Assembly: GCF_009914755.1 (NCBI RefSeq) | Contig: NC_060925.1 | Direction: 5' to 3' (one strand) | Source: the human T2T-CHM13v2.0 reference genome, Homo sapiens | Length of the DNA: 64,000 bases | Shown: positions 12,024-24,270 of the stretch, piece after piece | Position numbering within the stretch: position 1 is the stretch's first letter | Layout: each line of letters begins with the position of its first letter | The notes under the pieces: generated by a model | Databases searched by the model: none | The model's input: the letters and a program-made list of their open reading frames with translations, nothing else | Told to the model about the DNA's origin: nothing | Made by a program: the position numbers and the translations under genes

Positions 12024-13511
12024 TTCTCTTATACCCAGTTCTCCTTCATGGTTCAGAATTTAGCTCAGCTCTTCACCCACACACATTACACTCTTCCACC
12101 CACTGCCCCATGTCATTAATAGGATTGATTCTTAAGTGTGTGAATGGCAGTCAGAGCCCATGCACCTCAACTCTGACTTGACCAGATGCCACACCCTGGA
12201 GTTTCTCCATAAAGACCTCCTGCCGTGGATTCTCATCCACTTCTTTGAGCATATGGAATGTCCATGGTGGAAAGAAGCAGACAGGTCTAAATAAACCCAT
12301 TGACTACTGAGAAAAGAATTAACGTGTATGAGACCCCCGACTATGTCTCAGGCAATATTCTAGGGCTTTTCCTCCTTCATTCCATTCTCATAGTAATCCT
12401 GAGGGAAAAAAAAAGCAGTATTTTCTTTGTTTTTCTGGATGAGGTCCACTGAGGTTAGTGGGGTGTCCAAGCTTGGAGAGCTAGGGAGTAGTAGACAGCC
12501 GAGATAAGGAATGCAGGTCCGTCTTTGTACAAACCTGCTTATCTCCATACAAACCTGCCATGTATTCTCAAGGTTATGAGAGAACCAGGGAGGGCTGGAG
12601 ACTGAGCTGCCTGGTGGTGCCTATTTATATTCATGCTCTGGAAATTGTACATGTAACTCATTACTGTGGTCATCTGCTTTCTGCAGCCTCGTGAGGGGCC
12701 CTTCTCATGTTCCTCTGTAGATTTATGAGCTTGTACATGGCACCTCCATTCTACGGCAGTTTTTAGAGTTCCCTGAGGATTCTTATAACAATCACAATTA
12801 TTTAGGTTCTAAATTACCCTTGTCCAGTGTTAAGCAGATGAGCAGTGTTTTCACCTTCTAAACAATGATTCCTGAGGCAACTGCTGCCATAATATCACAT
12901 TTCGTTTCCAAGGAAACTGCATATCCATCCCTTCCTCCCACCCTTCCCACTTCCTTAAGCATGAGATTTTTTAAAACTCAAAATGTGCCATTTCAACCTC
13001 TTGTTACTGTGAAAGTTTTAGTTCCGGCATTGGTTCCTAGGAAATTACAGTTTTCCTTCTGATCTTCTTCTTAATGTGTTGGATGCTTTTCTGCAGAAAG
13101 CTGTGCATTCTAAATGGCATTGAAATAAATTACTGCCTTCATTATGACACACAATAGATGAATGTATTCTACTTCAGAGTCACAGCTTCTTTAGCCAAAA
13201 TACCTTGGTTGTTTTCCATCCTGAAGTTCTATAATTGCTTACTTGATATTCCATTGTGAGATCTCAGAATAAAGTAAAGGTAGGCTGTGGTATATATGTG
13301 TCTTTTACTCTCAGGCTGTACGTGCATTCAAGTTACCTGACTGGATGGATTCAGTAAGTTTGTACCCTCCAGATAAAGTAATTACTGAAACTAAGCATCC
13401 ATTTTCTATAGATTATGTTACTAGTGACTAAAAAATATCTCCAGATATTGTATAAATCATGGAATTCAGGCAGCTATGTTTACTACAAGTGGCAGTGAAG
13501 CATTTACTTAC

Positions 13512-13630
13512 TCCAAAGGAACTCTGGAGTACTTTGCAATCCTGCTGGAAGGCAGGGGAGATGTGGGTGGCCACACAGAGTCAGAGGATGTCAACATGCA
13601 GACATCTGTGTAGGCATTTGAGTTATGCTG
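13512..13630 (+). repeat. Copy 1 of a 119-bp dispersed direct repeat
   Basis: Ungapped match to 14862-14980 with 10 mismatches. Confidence 0.95.
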
Positions 13631-13670
13631 ATCGAAGACTCTCTTCTCACTCTTTAGTTTCCCCACTCCA

Positions 13671-13708
13671 AACACACACACACACGCACACACACACAAA
13701 CACACACA
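13671..13708. repeat. Imperfect (CA)n
   Basis: Direct reading. Confidence 0.9.
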
Positions 13709-14020
13709 ACCTCAGAAAACCGTGGTGAGCAGCCCTGTGTCTACAGATACCCACTCCTGGCAATGTCCATGTAGCTAACTTCCGGTCACCATGTCCGTCC
13801 CAGGATTGCCTTGAGCCTCTATACCTCCCTCCAGCCTCCAGGCTTTTGATATAGAGACCTAGACATTTGGATTTTGTTTTTGTTTTTTTCCAGAAAATCT
13901 CTCTGAGACTCAACGCTTAGGTAATGTGGAACTCAGAACCTGACTATTTTTTTTCAAAGAAAGGAGCAGTCATGAACAGCCTATGAATAGATATAAGTAG
14001 ATGCAGAAATAATCTGTATG

Positions 14021-14449
<429 letters not shown>

Positions 14450-14490
14450 CTACTCTTTTAAGCACTTGGGCCTGGTCAGTTGACAAGGTA

Positions 14491-14863
14491 AAGTTGACCC
14501 TTGAACAATATGGGAGTTAGGGGCACTGATCCCTATACAGTGGAAAATTTGTGTTTAACTTTTGACTCTCCCCCGAAACCTAACTATAATAGACTACTAT
14601 TGACTGGAAGCTTTACCAGTAACATAAACAATTGATTAATACATAAAAATGTTATTAAGAAAACCATAAAGAAAATAAAATGAATTCATTATTCATTAAC
14701 TGCCAGTGGATCATCATAAAGGTCTTCATCCTCATTGTCTTCATGTAGAGGATGAGGAACCAGAAGAGGACAATTGGTCTTGCTGTCTCAGGGTTGTCAG
14801 AGGTGGAAGAAAATCCACATATTAGTGGGCCTGCACACTTCAATCCCATGCTGCTCAAGGGTC
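14491..14863 (-). mobile_element. Tigger2a (MER28) DNA transposon
   Basis: ta+(a)agttgacccttgaacaa TIR; 'gtggatcatcataaaggtcttcatcctc'; other TIR ...ctcaagggtc is interrupted. Confidence 0.88.
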
Positions 14864-14980
14864 CAAAGGAACTTTGGAGTACTTTGTAATCCTGCTGGAA
14901 GGCATGGGAGATGTGGGTGGCCACACAGGGTCAGAGGATGTCAACATGGAGACCCCTGCATAGGCATTTGAATTATGCTG
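14862..14980 (+). repeat. Copy 2 of the 119-bp direct repeat
   Basis: Match to 13512-13630 at offset 1350. Confidence 0.95.
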
Positions 14981-16633
14981 TACTAGCTTCTGGTGGGCAG
15001 CAGGCCTGGAGCCAGTCTCTCTGGTAGAGTTGGATGGGGCCAAGAGGGTATAAGTCTTACTCCTTCTTCCCATAGGAGAATGGAAAGGGAGCTTCCTTAA
15101 GGGATCCTGGCCCTGCAGGGCTGTATGGTCTCACAGGCAAGGGTGCCTATCTGCTGGGAGAAAATGCTTTGTGTGCTCATATTCATGCAAGTAAGTTCTT
15201 AGATTATTGTCTTACATAAAGTGATTTGTACCCTTTGCCTATGGTTACCACCACCACCCCTGTGATAAGTCCATAGCTTCCCAAACTCCAGGCACATAGA
15301 ACCTTTCTGCCTTTTTTGGATCCACCTCTGTATGCAGTGGCTCTGGACTTCTTGGTGTCCCCACATTGGTCTGGGCTGAACCTGACAGGCCAATAGACAA
15401 GGGAGTGAACTATGGATGTACTCAAGTTCATTAAGTCACACGTCATTGTGCTTAGTGAATGTGGCAATCTGAGACAAATACGCCCTTTGATGAATAGAGA
15501 GTAGAATGACTAATAAGAGATCAGAAGCCAGCAAAGAGTAAATCCAATAACAACAACAAGAATGTAGAGTTTGAAATTTCTTAAGTTTAAATGAGAATGT
15601 TAGCTTATTTTGCAAATAGCTTTGTCTTTTTCTGACCCCTCCTCCCACCATGTGGCGGTATGGAGAGAAAGGCTCTTGCAGAAAAGTATAAGCGGTGCAA
15701 GTGGAGAGTGCTGCAGAGATGGAGATGGAGGCCAGGTCTGCTGGTGAAGGGTCTTATAGTCCAGGCTAAGATGTTAAGCATACCTTAGAGGCATGAAAGA
15801 ATCTCTGAGGGCCATTAAGTGGGGACCGAAATTCTAAAAGCTCAATTCTTAGCCTGGTTGGGGGATCAATTTCTAGTTATTGGATCACAGTGGACTGAAT
15901 TCTGAGAGCTCAGTGTGACAGATAAAGGAAAGTTTGTCAGATGGATACTGTTTTCTTTATAAGAATCTTCTGACTTTTGGGGTAGAGTTTAACCCCTCAT
16001 TTTAAAGCAACTCATTATGTCTCGTTGGTATTTAATGAAACGAAAATAATGTAGTATGTGACACTCATGACATTTCACCTGTAAAGTAATTTATGGTAAT
16101 TTGTCCTAGAGTGTTCTATCATAGGTTGATAGGATTCAAGGACTATATACTTGTTTTCTACCCTAATAGATAGGAGGGTGGAGTAGGATGAGAGGCAGGC
16201 TCAGAGATAGGAAGAAAGGATTTTTTCATAGCAATGCAAAACTGTTAGAAAAGTGCATGGTACTCCAACCTTTCAGCCTAGTGACTTCTTGCTGCCGTGG
16301 AGTGGCTGCAGTTTCCTTCTTTGCAAGTTTGGAGCATACGCCCAGATGCTGGAAGGATTTGGTTTACATTATATTGAAAAATAAAACAAGACAAGTCAAG
16401 TAAAACAAAACATTAGCAAATAAAACCCATAAGCAAACACAAATAAAATGATTTAGTGAGGTAATTTCTCACAAATTTCAGAATTTCCCACAATCGTACA
16501 GAAATGGTTCTTGCCTGTGGCTCACATGGGCTTCAAGAATTTAATTTACCCGTGTTGATCAGATGTGTAAAATAATGGTTCCATCATTGGTTGCAAAAAC
16601 TTCAGGTGTTGGATTTTGGAAGTATTTACTTAC

Positions 16634-16723
16634 AGAGGTCTCATCATTGTAAGGTAAAGCTTTTTAGCCATCCAGGCCAAATGGTGGGATTGAGATTCCA
16701 TCTGCCATTGTTCTTACGGACAT
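16634..16723 (-). other. Candidate 90-nt non-coding exon
   Basis: Minus strand cccctttcttgctctttttAG|ATGTCC...ACCTCT|GTAAGT; stop codons in all three frames. Confidence 0.35.
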
Positions 16724-16851
16724 CTAAAAAGAGCAAGAAAGGGGTTTTTATATTTATTTGATATTTATACTCCCATCCCCAGAAGCCCATTTAAAAATTG
16801 GTATTGGTTCTGGTAGCAGAAAAAGTGGAAGTGAAATTAGAGTATAGAAAC

Positions 16852-17014
16852 TTATTTCTCAAAGTGTGGTCTGCAGACTGGCCACATCAGCATCACTTGG
16901 GAGCTTGTTAAAAATTCAGAGTTGCTGGCCCCACACCATCTCACTGAACCAGAAACTGCATTTTACCGTGATCCTCAGATAATCTGTCTGCACATTAATG
17001 TTTGAGAACCACTG
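16852..17014. mobile_element. MER5 (MER5B-like) hAT MITE
   Basis: tttctcaaagtgtggtc...tttgagaaccactg termini. Confidence 0.8.
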
Positions 17015-17184
17015 AATGGGGAATACCTTTTTAGGAAGCATGGTCATGAAGAAAGTGGAGTGGTTGTGGAGAAGGTCCTAGCTAGAGATGGAGCATGAGG
17101 TCAGGGCATTTGTTTGTCTTAAAAAAATTTAGACAAGCCTTGAGCATGTTTATACTTGTGGAGAAGGAGACCTTTGAAGTAACC

Positions 17185-17620
17185 AGACACCAAAAGACAA
17201 ATACCATATGATCTCACTCTTACGTGGATTCTAAAAAAAAAAAAGAATTGATATCATAGAAACAAACCGAGTAGAACCACAGTTACTAGGATACTAGGAA
17301 TTGGGGAGGTATGGGAGGCGAGGAGGATGGGGAGAGGATGGTCAACAGGTACAAAGTTACAATTAGGAAGACTGCGTTCCGGTGTTCTATTGTACAGAAG
17401 GGTGACAGTGGTTAACAGTTAAGATGTGATATATTATAAAATAGCTAGAAGATAGGCTTTTGAGAATGTCCTCACCATGTATAAATGATAAATACATGAG
17501 GTGATGGTCATGCTAAATACCATGATTTGACCATTATACAACATATATATGTATCAAAACATCAATTGTACCCCATAAATATGTAAAATTACAATGTGTC
17601 AACTAAAAAATAAGAAAAGA
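17185..17620 (+). mobile_element. L1MA-type 3' end
   Basis: 'aaaagacaaataccatatgatctcact...tgtaccccataaatatgta'. Confidence 0.82.
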
Positions 17621-19626
17621 AGTTGAAGAGAAAGAAGAGGTGGCTGAGGTCCCTGGGGAGCTAGAGGGCTGAGATGTGGTCATAGGAGGGAAAGTAGACT
17701 AAAGTGGATGAATGACACTTGTTCTCCTGAAATGAGAGGGAAGGAAGAGCGGGTAGGCTGCATGTAAATTAGCTTGTGTATTGAGGAAACTGGAAAATTG
17801 AGAGTAGTAAAAAATGGTGACTTATTTTTACCGATGATGGAGGTGGAGTCACTTTTTGAGCATAAAGGGGCAGACCTGGTCATGGGATTTCAGAAAAGTT
17901 CAGGGCCCCTTAGAAAAACACACTGATGGGTATGGGAAAGAACAGGTGGGGGTAAGGGGGCCTGAGTTATAGGTTGCTTTGGTCTCCACCTTGTACAATT
18001 CAAAACACCTTTCAGATATGTAGAATGGAAGAAGTACCCAACATTGATGTATATTAAATTCCAGCCCTGAACATCATATAATTAAAGAAACTAATATAAT
18101 ACGGATATAAAATGTGGGACTGTTTTGACTGTATTGGTACTTTCTTTTTCCCAAAAAGGCAGAGCTGCTTTTGCATATGAACTCATTTTCTTCAAAATCC
18201 ATTATCCTCATGTGAGAGATGTAGAATTTTGGGCATAGAAAACATGACAAATTTTGCCTGTAGTCCTGAACTGAGATTGGTACCAGGCTCTGCTGGCTTC
18301 CAGCTATTTCATTTCATGATTTATCAAGAGCTGCTCTCTAGTCGACTTGGAAAAAGAGTTTTTGAAGAGTCCTGCTCTCACAGGACATCTGTGAGAATGC
18401 CGAAGGAGAAGGTAAAGAGAGGCACACTTCAATATTTTATTATCTCAACCCACAGCCTTAAAGGTCTCCTCGATTGTCTCTGCCTACAGGAAGGCTCAGC
18501 TGCTTTTTATCATTCCGTTGGGGCCTTGTTTCAGGGGCTTGTGTTTTGGTAAGAAGATGTTTTGTTTCTGAGGACAGCTGGTTAAAATGCACTGCCTTAA
18601 CTGGAATATTCACAGGTATGTTCTTCTCGGCACTGTGAATCATTTTTCAAAGCTTTTCATGGCTTCTGCTCTTTGATCAGGATAAATCATGCCACAGTGA
18701 GACTGGAATCTACTTTCATAGACTCCCAGGTGTCCTTGTTCTCAACCACTGGTCTTTACTTCTCTGAAGAGCCTGACCTTATGAATTAAATTCTTTCTGA
18801 TTGTAACATTAGTCAGAGGAATTGGGGAACTGGGGACTTTTGTTTATTAATCCTTTTATCTTCTGCTTTTTTGCCCAGAAAGGTCATTTTTCAATTTCCC
18901 CAGAAGGTAATTCTACTTCTCTTAGTAATTCTCAACAAATGCTAAGCTTAGGACATTTATATAAAAGCCAGAATAAACATTAAGTTTAGAAGTGTCATAT
19001 AAAAACTAGAAACAAGCTTTTGTGCTTCTGAGTATAACTTAAATTAGGTAGAAAAAATATCTAATAATAAAAGTAGATTCTGCTACCCTGTGTAGGGTCC
19101 ACAAAGGAAAAAATATGGCCTCTTCTTTTTAGGAGTCTAGATCCCACTTTCTCAAAGTGCCTTCCTTCATGTGTAGCCACCCCACTTCCAGTCTACATTG
19201 GGGACCCCCACCATTAGAAAATGTCTTTATTTATTTATTTTTAATTGTCAAAAGATTGTATATATTTGTCACACACATGTTGTTTTGAAGTGTGTACATT
19301 GTGGAATGGCTAAATTGAGCTAATTACCATAAGTACCAACTCACATTAAGCCTCCCTTCTTTATCTTCTCTTAGCGTCCTTGATTTCCTCCACAACATTT
19401 AACATAACTACGGTATATTTATTTGAATAAATATTGGTTTAACTGCTTCCTCCCTGCCACCCCAGACTCTGAGTCCCATGATGGCAAAAGCCTTGGTAGC
19501 TGTAGTAGATACTACATATATCTTTGTGGAATGAATAATAATAATACTAGTGGAGAATATTTGTTGTGCTTATGATGCACCAGGGACTGGGCTAACTGTG
19601 TTACTCATCCTATCTTACTGATCCTC

Positions 19627-19982
19627 TGTCTTAGCCTGCTTAAGTTGCCATAACAAAATACCATAGACTAGGTGGCTTAAACAACAGAAATGTGTTTTCT
19701 TGCAGTTCTGGAGGCTAGAAGTTCAATATCAAGGGTCCAGTGATTTGATTTCTAGTGAGGACTTTCTTCATGGCCTCCTTCTTACTGTATCCTCACGTGG
19801 TAGAGAGAGAGTGAACAGGTTATCTGGTGTCTCTTCTTACAAGAACCTTAATCTTATAGGACCAGGTCCCCACACTTCTGACTTCATTTAATTTTAATTA
19901 CTTTCTTACTCCTAATATAGCCACACTGGAGGTCAGGACTCCCATAGATACATTTTGAGGGAACACATAGCAATCCATAAAA
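19627..19982 (-). mobile_element. MLT1A-like MaLR solo LTR inserted in a MIR
   Basis: 'gccataacaaaataccatagactaggtggcttaaacaacagaaat'. Confidence 0.8.
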
Positions 19983-20259
19983 CCCACCTAACCACCCTAA
20001 TGAAGTAGGCACTATGATCATCTCTGTTATACAGATGAGACCCTAAGGCTTAGACCAGGGAGCTTTCTCAAGGTCACATGAGTAAGTGAACAAGCTGGGG
20101 CAAGGTTGTAGGTCTTATTTACTCAAATCTGGGTTCATAAAGATATAAAGATCTGAACTGGTTACATATACTTTCTGTTTGGAAGAAATGTAATCTGAGA
20201 TATAGAGTACGAGCTTAAAGGACTATTATATATGCAAGGAAGAAAGTTTATAGGCTAAA

Positions 20260-21690
20260 AGAGTGGTTCTCAAACCTTGCGTTTTAGGACCCTTCTACAT
20301 TCTTAAGAAAAGTATTAAGGATCTCAAAAAGCTTTTGTTTATGTAAGTTGTATCTGTTGATATTTATAGATAGCATTAGAAATTAAAACTAGAAATATTT
20401 TTAAATATTTAATTTATTTCAAAGTAATAATAAACCCATTACATGTTAATACAAATAATATATATTTATGAAAAATAATTATATTTCCCAAAATAAAAAA
20501 TTTAAGACATTTAAGACATTTTTTGCAACTCTGTCTCAGGTCTGTCTTAAGAGAAGACATAGATATGGATTCTCACATCTGCTTCTGGATTTACTCTGTT
20601 GCAATATGTTGTATTGGTAAAAGTAGATGAAAATTCAGCCTCACACAAATGTTATTGGAAAAAGGAGGAGTATTTGATCAGCCTTTTCAGATAATTGTGG
20701 ACATTCTGTTTTGTTACTACAGCAAAACTCCAATTGGTAGTTTTCTAAAGGTTAGTTGCGATGTGAAATCTGAAACGGAATCAATGAACTTTTCATATTC
20801 TGTTACTTTGAAATCCACTGGTCTAGCTTGCACTTTGAATGGATTTTTCACTCATGCATGATTTTGTAACATCTTGCATTGGTCATTTGAAAATATCAGT
20901 TCACTGAGTTAATACAGATCTTTGAGATGTTGACACATTTCATTATACAATATCCAAAAATCACATTCCTTAATATTACCACTCAAATATCTCATCAGAA
21001 AAGGCTTTATGTACTGGGAAGCTTTCAAGCCCATGATGGCAGATGTGAGTTTTACAAAATCCGAATTTTTGCTTGAAAACAAGGTTTTTATCATTGGCAT
21101 CAATGACTATTAGTTGTTTTTCTTAAAGTGTTAAGATTATTTCATTCATTTAGAAGAAAACATCTGCCAACTGCCCACATATAAATAACTTTACTTGGTT
21201 AATTTTCCTTTCAGGAAAAAATTATGTTCATGAAAAAAGCAATTATTTGAGTTTGCAACTCAAACAATTGCACAAGTGCTTTTCCTTGTGACAACCACTG
21301 TATTTACGTGTGTAGTAGAAGTGCTTTATACATTTTCCCATTTCATCACACAGAATATTAAAAAGAATGTGTACTCAAGGTTTAATAAAATTAATAATTC
21401 TTACTTCTCCTTCAAGGACATTCTTAATTGAAACTAGTATTTATTTTATTGAGAGTACCTGGCTGTGAAGAGTACATGGCTGTGAAGAACACATGGCTAC
21501 TAGCACAGTTTGGAGCCACTGCCTTAATTTGTGCTAAGGCGCTAGCAATTTTACTGACCATTGCTTTTGTATATTTGGTGCAAATGTCAACATGGTTAAA
21601 AAAATAAAAGGCAAATACACTTTAGTATTCTCACAAAGACAGTTTTGACCTTGTGGTTCCCTAGTAAGGTCTTAGGGAGCTCCTAACATC
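20260..21690 (-). mobile_element. Charlie1a-like hAT transposon, non-coding remnant
   Basis: agtggttctcaaac end; 'aaacccattacatgttaa'; 'agttttgaccttgtgg' near the other end; ~1.4 kb. Confidence 0.78.
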
Positions 21691-22133
21691 CCCTACTCCC
21701 CAACATTCCTCCAGGATCAAGGGCTTCTTCCATGAGCATGAGTTCTATAAAGGAAGTCAGGAACAAGCATGGGCTTGGTTGGACTGTACAGTTCAAGAAT
21801 TAGGGAATTTGAAGGAGTATGGGTGAGGAATAGGGAAGCCATTAACTGAGGTTGGTAAGAAGGAGAAAGGTTTTTGCAAGGAGTCTTAGAGCTCAGAAGC
21901 TCAGATTATGAGGTGATTTCTCTTTAAGGAAAATCAGGAGTTTCTGTAATTTGTTGAGACAAAAATGACACTGTCCATGTGTTTCCTTATCTGTAAAGTG
22001 GGAATATAAGAGTATTATTATTGTGTGAATTAATGTATAAACAGCTTAGAACAGAGCTTGGCACACAGTAGGTCCTATATAAGTGTTATTATTGTGAAAA
22101 TGGAGTTTTGCTCTAGTTATATGATGAATTGGA

Positions 22134-22320
22134 GCAGCTGTTCTTACACTTCAGTCAGCAGCAGAATGCCTTGGTGGGATTGTTAAAATACGGATTGCTG
22201 GGCCTTGCTTCTGGAATTTCTGACTAAGGAAGTCGGAGATGGGGCCATGATTTTGCATTTTTATCAGGTTCCTGGGTGATACTGATGCTGCTCCTCTGGG
22301 TAGCACACTATAAGAAACTG
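22134..22320. mobile_element. MER5A
   Basis: 'gattgctgggcc...ttgcattttt..caggttcctgggtgatactgatgctgct'. Confidence 0.75.
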
Positions 22321-22392
22321 AATCACAGGAATTCACACAATGAATACTATAAATATCAATAGATACAACTCATATAAGCAAAAGCTGTTTGA

Positions 22393-22747
<355 letters not shown>

Positions 22748-23694
22748 TGATGCCCTTTTCTTTCCTAGCTACTCAACAAGCCAATGCCTCTTATTCATAT
22801 CCATGTATGGAAAGTGATGTCTACTTATTCTTTCACTTGTTTTCATTTAACTTTGCTCAAGAACTGAAGTTTACCCCGTGTTTTTATTTTTATCTGAACA
22901 ATAAGCTGGGACTGTAACTGGTTCAGTATTTATATTTTTTCTAGCATGTCCTATTTTGCTGTGCCTAATTGCTATTAAAGCCAGATGGCTGGGTTCCAAA
23001 AACTTGTCTGATTTGCCAACAGTTTTACTCACCTGAACAATTTTCACTGGCTCTAAGCTCCCTGACTTATATCACAGGCCATCATTGCCACTTTTCTGAA
23101 CTTGCCAGAGGTCTTAGAAATGTAGACTAGTTGTTAAGATTGCTGATGAAGATGTGCTAAATGAAGAGTGTTGGTAGTTTGATGATTACCAATGATGTTG
23201 ATTTTAAATCCTACATTCACTTAACAAATATGTGTGTGCCAACTGTATGCAAGGCTTTGTGCTGAATGCTGGGAACCAAACCGAGGAAAAAATATGCATG
23301 GACTCTGATTGTCAGTCTGGGAGACACTAAATCAACAGGCAATTATAAAACAGTACAATGTCACAATGTCAAGGGAAGGGCAGGAAGATAATTGGGCTGA
23401 AGGGGGGATCTAATCCATGGGGGGCAGGGAAGGCTTTCTAGGGTAAGTGATGCCTGAGCTGAAAACTTAGAGGAGGCTTTGAATTCGTTAGGTAAAGAAA
23501 GCAGGCAAAAAGCATGACAGTATCCCAGGCTAAAAGGGACAGAGTGTGGTAAGACCTAGAGGAGAAGCAGCACACACCACTGTCTTTGAGAAGAAGTTTA
23601 ATTTGGCTGGTTCACTGAGTGTAGGTCAAGATGGGGATGTAGAAGGTAGGAAATGACAAGAGGGTAGAAAGATTAGGCAGGACCCTCTAAGCCT

Positions 23695-23932
23695 TTGGGG
23701 TTTCTCAGCCTTAGCACTATCAACATTTTGGGCTGGATAATTCTTTGTTGATGTGGGGTGGGGGACTGTTCTATGCATTATAGGATGTTTAGTAGCATCT
23801 CTAGCCTTTGTCCTAAATACCAAGAGTGACTCCCATCCCTCCAGTTTTGACAACTAAAATGGTCTCCAGATATTTCAGGTATTTCCAAATGTACCTTGTG
23901 GAAGTAAAATTGCCCCTGGTTGAAAACAACTG
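23695..23932 (+). mobile_element. MER20 hAT element
   Basis: 'tttctcagccttagcactatcaacattttgggctggataattctttgttg...cctggttgaaaacaactg'. Confidence 0.85.
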
Positions 23933-23954
23933 TTACAGAGTTTTGCCTTTATTT

Positions 23955-24270
23955 ATGTTTTTGTTGTTGCTGTTATTTGTTTGTTTGTTCTGAGACAGGG
24001 TCTCACTGTGTCACCTAGGCTGGAGTGCACTGGCACAATCAGGGCTCACTGCAGCCTTGACTTCCCAGGCTCAAGTGATCCTCCCACTTCAGCCCCCAAG
24101 TAGCTGGGACTATAGGCATGTGCCACCACACCCAGCTAATTAAAAAAAATTAGTAGATATGAAGTCTTGCTATGCTTCCCAGGCTGGTCTCAAACGCTTG
24201 AGCTCAAGTGATCCTCCTGCCTCTGTTTCCCAAAGTGCTGGGATTACAGGTGTGAGCCACCATACCTGGC
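23955..24270 (-). mobile_element. AluJ
   Basis: 'gagacagggtctcactgtgtcacc...cactgcagccttgacttcccaggctcaagtgatcctccc'. Confidence 0.92.
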
